Origin: Eledone cirrhosa
Taxonomy: Eukaryota
Assembly (NCBI GenBank): GCA_964016885.1
Contig: OZ024741.1
Span: 396,552,001-396,616,000 of the forward strand
DNA: 64,000 nucleotides
Direction: 5' to 3'
Made by a program: the position numbers and the translations under genes. Below are positions 57,501 to 64,000 of this stretch, in pieces. The notes beneath the pieces are model-generated. The model ran no database searches and had not been told where the DNA came from. It worked only from the letters and a program-made list of their open reading frames with translations. How positions within the stretch are numbered: position 1 is the first letter of the stretch; each line of letters opens with the position of its first letter.

Positions 57501-60500
57501 TCACACCACAAGGGTCAAATTCCTTCAATCAGTCACACCACAAGGGTCAAATTCCTTCAATCAGTCACACCACAAGAGTCAAAGTGCATCAATCAGTCAG
57601 ACCACAAGGGTCAAAATGCATCAATCAGTTACACCACAAGAGTCAAAGTGCATCAATCAGTCACACCACAAGAGTCAAAGTGCATCAATCAGTCACACCA
57701 CAAGAGTCAAAGTGCATCAATCAGTCACACCACAAGGGTCAAAGTGCATCAATCAGTCACACCACAAGAGTCAAAGTGCATCAATCAGTCACACCACAAG
57801 GGTCAAATTCCTTCAATCAGTCACACCACAAGAGTCAAATTGCATCAATCAGTCACACCACAAGAGTCAAAGTGCATCAATCAGTCACACCACAAGGGTC
57901 AAATTCCTTCAATCAGTCACACCACAAGAGACAAAGTGCATCAATCAGTCACACCACAAGGGTCAAAGTGCATCAATCAGTCACACCACAAGAGTCAAAG
58001 TGCATCAATCAGTCACACCACAAGAGTCAAAGTGCATCAATCAGTCACACCACAAGGGTCAAATTCCTTCAATCAGTCACACCACAAGGGTCAAAGTGCA
58101 TCAATCAGTCACACCACAAGAGTCAAAGTGCATCAATCAGTCACACCACAAGAGTCAAAGTGCATCAATCAGTCACACCACAAGGGTCAAAGTGCATCAA
58201 TCAGTCACACCACAAGGGTCAAATTCCTTCAATCAGTCACGCCACAAGAGTCAAAGTGCATCAATCAGTCACACCACAAGGGTCAAATTCCTTCAATCAG
58301 TCACACCACAAGGGTCAAATTCCTTCAATCAGTCACACCACAAGAGTCAAAGTGCATCAATCAGTCCCACCACAAGAGTCAAAGTGCATCAATCAGTCAC
58401 ACCACAAGAGTCAAAGTGCATCAATCAGTCACACCACAAGGGTCAAAGTGCATCAATCAGTCACACCACAAGGGTCAAAGTGCATCAATGAGTCACACCA
58501 CAAGGGTCAAATTCCTTCAATCAGTCACACCAAAAGAGTCAAAGTGCATCAATCCGTCACACCACAAGGGTCAAATTCCTTCAATCAGTCACACCACAAG
58601 AGTCAAAGTGCATCAATCAGTCACACCACAAGAGTCAAAGTGCATCAATCAGTCACACACCAAGGTTCAAATTCCTTCAATCAGTCACACCACAAGAGTC
58701 AAAGTGCATCAATCAGTCACACCAGAAGGGTCAAAGTGCATCAATCAGTCACACCACAAGTGTCAAATTCCTTCAATCAGTCACACCACAAGAGTCAAAG
58801 TGCATCAATCAGTCACACCACAAGGATCAAAGTGCATCAATCAGTCACACCACAAGGGTCAAAGTGCATCAATCAGTCACACCACAAGGGTCAAATTCCT
58901 TCAATCAGTCACACCACAAGAGTCAAAGTGCATCAATCAGTCACACCACAAGAGTCAAAGTGCATCAATCAGTCACACCACAAGGGTCAAATTCCTTCAA
59001 TCAGTCACACCACAAGAGTCAAAGTGCATCAATCAGTCACACCACAAGGGTCAAATTCCTTCAATCAGTCACACCACAAGAGTCAAAGTGCATCAATCAG
59101 TCACACCACAAGAGTCAAAGTGCATCAATCAGTGACACCACAAGGGTCAAAGTGCATCAATCAGCCACACCACAAGGGTCAAAGTGCATCAATCAGTCAC
59201 ACCACAAGAGTCAAAGTGGATCAATCAGTCACACCACAAGAATCAAAGTGCATCAATCAGTCACACCACAAGGGTCAAAGTGCATCAATCAGTCACACCA
59301 CAAGGGTCAAATTCCTTCAATCAGTCACACCACAAGGGTCAAAGTGCATCAATCAGTCACACCACAAGAGTCAAAGTGCATCAATCAGTTACACCACAAG
59401 GGTCAACTTCCTTCAATCAGTCACACCACAAGAGTCAAAGTGCATCAATCAGTCACACCACAAGGGTCAAAGTGCATCAATCAGTCACACCACAAGGGTC
59501 AAAGTGCATCAATCAGTCACACCACAATGGTCAAAGTGCATCAATCAGTCACCCCACAAGGGTCAAAGTGCATCAATCAGTCACACCACAAGAGTCAAAG
59601 TGCATCAATCAGTCACACCACAAGGGTCAAACTGCATCAATCAGTCACACCACAAGGGTCAAATTCCTTCAATCAGTCACACCAGAAGAGTCAAAGTGCA
59701 TCAATCAGTCACACCACAAGGGTCAAAGTGCATCAATCAGTCACACCACAAGGGTCAAAGTGCATCAATCAGTCACACCACAAGGGTCAAATTCCTTCAA
59801 TCAGTCACACCACAAGAGTCAAAGTGCATCAATCAGTCACACCACAAGAGTCAAAGTGCATCAATCAGTCGCACCACAAGGGTCAAATTCCTTCAATCAG
59901 TCACACCACAAGAGTCAAAGTGCATCAATCAGTCACACCACAAGGGTCAAAGTGCATCAATCAGCCACACCACAAGGGTCAAAGTGCATCAATCTGTCAC
60001 ACCACAAGAGTCAAAGTGCATCAATCAGTCACACCACAAGAGTCAAAGTGCATCAATCAGTCACACCACAAGGGTCAAAGTGCATCAATCAGTCACACCA
60101 CAAGGGTCAAATTCCTTCAATCAGTCACACCACAAGAGTCAAAGTGCATCAATCAGTCACACCACAAAAGTCAAAGTGCATCAATCAGTTACACCACAAG
60201 GGTCAAATTCCTTCAATCAGTCACACCACAAGAGTCAAAGTGCATCAATCAGTCACACCACAAGGGTCAAAGTGCATCAATCAGTCACACCACAAGGGTC
60301 AAAGTGCATCAATCAGTCACACCACAAGGGTCAAAATGCATCAATCAGTCACACCACAAGGGTCAAAGTGCATCAATCAGTCACACCACAAGAGTCAAAG
60401 TGCATCAATCAGTCACACCACAAGGGTCAAAGTGCATCAATCAGTCACACCACAAGGGTGAAAGTGCATCAATCAGTCACACCACAAGGGTCAAAGTGCA

Positions 60501-60700
60501 TCAATCAGTCACACCACAAGAGTCAAAGTGCATCAATCAGTCACACCACAAGGGTCAAATTCCTTCAATCAGTCACACCACAAGAGTCAAAGTGCATCAA
60601 TGATTCACACCACAAGGGTCGAAGTGCATCAATCAGTCACACCACAAGGGTCAAAGTGTTTCAATCAGTCACACCACAAGGGTCAAAGTGCATCAATCAG
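54600..60700. repeat. Older diverged paralog of ~44800-49400 (offset about 9.8-11.5 kb)
   Basis: Rare markers occur in the same order: GAGTTAAAGTGCATCAAACAG (~44906/~54727), AAAGTCCA, TCACGCC (45791/56732), GTCCCAC (~46910/~58364), AATCCGTC (~47097/~58551), CACACACCAAGGTTC (~47200/~58654), AAGTGTCAAATTCC. The offset is 11,454 over 46.1-47.8 kb, with many private SNPs. Confidence 0.85.
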
Positions 60701-63700
60701 TCACACCACAAGGGTCAAAGTGTTTCAATCAGTCACACCACATGGGTCAAAGTGCATCAATCAGTCACACCACAAGAGTCAAAGTGCATCAATCAGTCAC
60801 ACCACAAGGGTCAAAGTGTTTCAATCAGTCACACCACAAGGGTTAAAGTGCATCAATCAGTCACACCACAAGGGTCAAAGTGCATCAATCAGTCACACCA
60901 CAAGGGTCAAAGTGCATCAATCAGTCACACCACAAGGGTCAAATTTCTTCAATCAGTCACACCACAAGGGTCAAAGTGTTTCAATCAGTCACACCACAAG
61001 GGTCAAAGTGCATCAATCAGTCACACCACAAGGGTCAAAGTGCATCAATCAGTCACACCACAAGGGTCAAATTCCTTCAATCAGTCACACCACAAGGGTC
61101 AAAGTGTTTCAATCAGTCACACCACAAGGGTCAAAGTGCATCAATCAGTCACACCACAAGGGTCAAATTCCTTCAATCAGTCACACCACAATAGTCAAAG
61201 TGCATCAATCAGTCACACCACAAGAGTCAAAGTGTTTCAATCAGTCACACCACAAGGGTCAAAGTGTTTCAATCAGTCACACCACAAGGGTCTAATCCCT
61301 TCAATCAGTCACACCACAAGGGTCAAAGTGCATCAATCAGTCACACCACAAGGGTCAAAGTGTTTCAATCAGTCACACTACAAGGGTCAAAGTGCATCAA
61401 TCAGTCACACCACAAGAGTCAAAGTGTTTCAATCAGTCACACCACAAGGGTCAAAGTGCATCAATCAGTCACACCACAAGGGTCAAAGTGTTTCAATCAG
61501 TCACACCACAAGGGTCAAAGTGCATCAATCAGTCACACCACAAGAGTCAAAGTGTTTCAATCAGTCACACCACAAGGGTCAAAGTGCATCAATCAGTCAC
61601 ACCACAAGAGTCAAAGTGTTTCAATCAGTCACACCACAAGGGTCAAAGTGCATCAATCAGTCACACCACAAGGGTCAAAGTGTTTCAATCAGTCACACCA
61701 CAAAAGTCAAAGTGCATCAATCAGTCACACCACAAGAGTCAAAGTGCATCAATCTGTCACACCACAAGGGTCAAAGTGCATCAATCAGTCACACCACAAG
61801 AGTCAAAGTGTTTCAATAAGTCACACCACAAGGGTCAAAGTGCATCAATCAGTCACACCACAAGGGTCAAAGTGCATCAATCAGTCACATCACAAGAGTC
61901 AGAGTGTTTCAATCAGTCACACCACAAGGGTCAAAGTGCATCAATCAGTCACACCACAAGGGTCAAAGTGCATCAATCAGTCACACCACAAGGGTCAAAT
62001 TCCTTCAATCAGTCACACCACAAGAGTCAAAGTGCATCAATCAGTCACACCACAAAAGTCAAAGTGCATCAATCAGTCACACCACAAGGGTCAAATTCCT
62101 TCAATCAGTCACACCACAAGAGTCAAAGTGCATCAATCAGTCACACCACAAGGGTCAAAGTGCATCAATCAGTCACACCACAAGGGTCAAAGTGCATCAA
62201 TCAGTCACACCACAAGGGTCAAAGTGCATCAATCAGTCACACCACAAGGGTCAAAGTGCATCAATCAGTCACACCACAAGGGTCAAAGTGCATCAATCAA
62301 TCACACCACAAGGGTCAAAGTGCATCAATCAGTCACACCACAAGAGTCAAAGTGCATCAAGCAGTCACACCACAAGGGTCAAATTCCTTCAATCAGTCAC
62401 ACCACAAGAGTCAAAGTGCATCAATGAGTCACACCACAAGGGTCGAAGTGCATCAATCAGTCACACCACAAGGGTCAAAGTGTTTCAATCAGTCACACCA
62501 CAAGGGTCAAAGTGCATCAATCAGTCACACCACAAGGGTCAAAGTGTTTCAATCAGTCACACCACAAGGGTCAAAGTGCATCAATCAGTCACACCACAAG
62601 AGTCAAAGTGCATCAATCAGTCACACCACAAGGGTCAAAGTGCATCAATCAGTCACACCACAAGGGTCAAAGTGTTTCAATCAGTCACACCACAAGGGTC
62701 AAAGTGCATCAATCAGTCACACCACAAGGGTCAAAGTGCATCAATCAGTCACACCACAAGGGTCAAAGTGCATCAATCAGTCACACCACAAGGGTCAAAT
62801 TCCTTCAATCAGTCACACCACAAGGGTCAAAGTGTTTCAATCAGTCACACCACAAGGGTCAAAGTGCATCAATCAGTCACACCACAAGGGTCAAAGTGCA
62901 TCAATCAGTCACACCACAAGGGTCAAATTCCTTCAATCAGTCACACCACAAGGGTCAAAGTGTTTCAATCAGTCACACCACAAGGGTCAAAATGCATCAA
63001 TCAGTCACACCACAAGGGTCAAAATGCATCAATCAGTCACACCACAAGGGTCAAATTCCTTCAATCAGTCACACCACAATAGTCAAAGTGCATCAATCAG
63101 TCACACCACAAGAGTCAAAGTGTTTCAATCAGTCACACCACAAGGGTCAAAGTGTTTCAATCAGTCACACCACAAGGGTCAAATCCCTTCAATCAGTCAC
63201 ACCACAAGGGTCAAAGTGCATCAATCAGTCACACCACAAGGGTCAAAGTGTTTCAATCAGTCACACTACAAGGGTCAAAGTGCATCAATCAGTCACACCA
63301 CAAGAGTCAAAGTGTTTCAATCAGTCACACCACAAGGGTCAAAGTGCATCAATCAGTCACACCACAAGGGTCAAAGTGTTTCAATCAGTCACACCCCAAG
63401 GGTCAAAGTGCATCAATCAGTCACACCACAAGAGTCAAAGTGTTTCAATCAGTCACACCACAAGGGTCAAAGTGCATCAATCAGTCACACCACAAGAGTC
63501 AAAGTGTTTCAATCAGTCACACCACAAGGGTCAAAGTGCATCAATCAGTCACACCACAAGGGTCAAAGTGTTTCAATCAGTCACACCACAAGGGTCAAAG
63601 TGCATCAATCAGTCACACCACAAGAGTCAAAGTGCATCAATCAGTCACACCACAAGGGTCAAAGTGCATCAATCAGTCACACCACAAGAGTCAAAGTGTT

Positions 63701-63850
63701 TCAATAAGTCACACCACAAGGGTCAAAGTGTATCAATCAGTCACACCACAAGGGTCAAAGTGCATCAATCAGTCACATCACAAGAGTCAAAGTGTTTCAA
63801 TCAGTCACACCACAAGGGTCAAAGTGCATCAATCAGTTACACGACAAGGG
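60600..63850. repeat. GTGTT-rich domain containing a ~1.82-1.89 kb tandem duplication
   Basis: ATAGTC at 61191/63079, AATCCCTT at ~61294/~63182, CACTACAA at ~61376/~63264 and TTTCAATAAG at 61811/63699, all +1888 (59 monomers). GGTCGAAG occurs at ~60617/~62441 (+1824). Confidence 0.88.
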
Positions 63851-64000
63851 TCAAAGTGTTTCAATCAGTCACACCACAAGGGTCAAAGTGCATCAATCAG
63901 TCACACCACAAGGGTCAAAGTGCATCAATCAGTCACACCACAAGGGTCAAAGTGTTTCAATCAGTCACACCACAAGGGTCAAAATGCATCAATCAGTCAC

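Larger units (their letters stand above)
1..64000. repeat. Satellite DNA: head-to-tail array of about 2000 copies of a 32-bp monomer TCAGTCACACCACAAGRGTCAAAGTGCATCAA, extending beyond both window ends
   Basis: Seen directly: the monomer repeats from base 1 to the end in one orientation. G-allele consensus is 12A/9C/6G/5T (47% GC, 66% A+C on +) with no CpG. Common variants: position 17 G/A, GTGCA>TTCCT, GTGCA>GTGTT, GTCAC>GTTAC, GTCAC>GCCAC. Confidence 0.99.

Noticed and set aside
56-63707. Roughly a hundred long + strand ORFs (up to 1995 aa) as protein-coding genes
   Set aside because: They overlap in all three frames with the same peptide. Starts are mostly in-repeat GTG, stops are sporadic point variants, and there are no unique N- or C-terminal domains. 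The repeat unit is not a multiple of 3.
1-64000. CRISPR array, since the 32-bp repeat length is CRISPR-like
   Set aside because: Repeats are directly adjacent with no unique spacers, no leader and no cas genes.
1-64000. Telomerase-made telomeric repeat: the - strand has TGTGGTGT and TGATT, reminiscent of long budding-yeast telomere units such as Kluyveromyces lactis
   Set aside because: The similarity is limited to short words. At least 64 kb with inherited variant patterns in multi-kb duplications indicates recombinational amplification rather than templated telomerase synthesis.
1-64000. Plasmid or phage iterons, or a rolling-circle/synthetic concatemer artefact
   Set aside because: There is no rep gene or unique origin sequence. 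Hierarchically shared variants with different divergence levels indicate long natural evolution, not copying of one template.
1-64000. Embedded transposon, inversion, tRNA/rRNA gene, strong hairpin or G-quadruplex
   Set aside because: No interruption or strand switch was seen on reading through. The monomer has no substantial palindrome, and only one G-tract per 32 bp, present in only some copies.

Overview
The whole 64 kb window is one uninterrupted, same-orientation tandem array (satellite DNA) of a 32-bp monomer, consensus TCAGTCACACCACAAG[G/A]GTCAAAGTGCATCAA. It holds about 2000 copies: the phase at 1 and at 63993 fits 2000 x 32 minus 8 bp, matching my manual tally of net indels. I found no unique sequence, gene, transposon insertion, inversion or CRISPR spacer. 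All listed ORFs are artefacts: the monomer has no stop codon in any + strand frame, and 32 is not a multiple of 3, so all three frames give the same 32-aa repeat. The information lies in the variant monomers, which reveal nested higher-order duplications: 13,181 bp x2 (near-identical), about 5.35 kb x2, 2,428 bp x2, a recurrent 1,699-bp (53-monomer) unit, a 0.8-1.3 kb module, and 256/288/640/~1,800/1,888-bp local duplications. A young homogenised zone (about 1-41.7 kb) grades into an older, more diverged zone (about 41.7-64 kb). A eukaryotic heterochromatic, centromeric or subtelomeric origin is likely but is inference; the organism and satellite family cannot be identified from sequence alone. 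Breakpoints were estimated by eye and are approximate.
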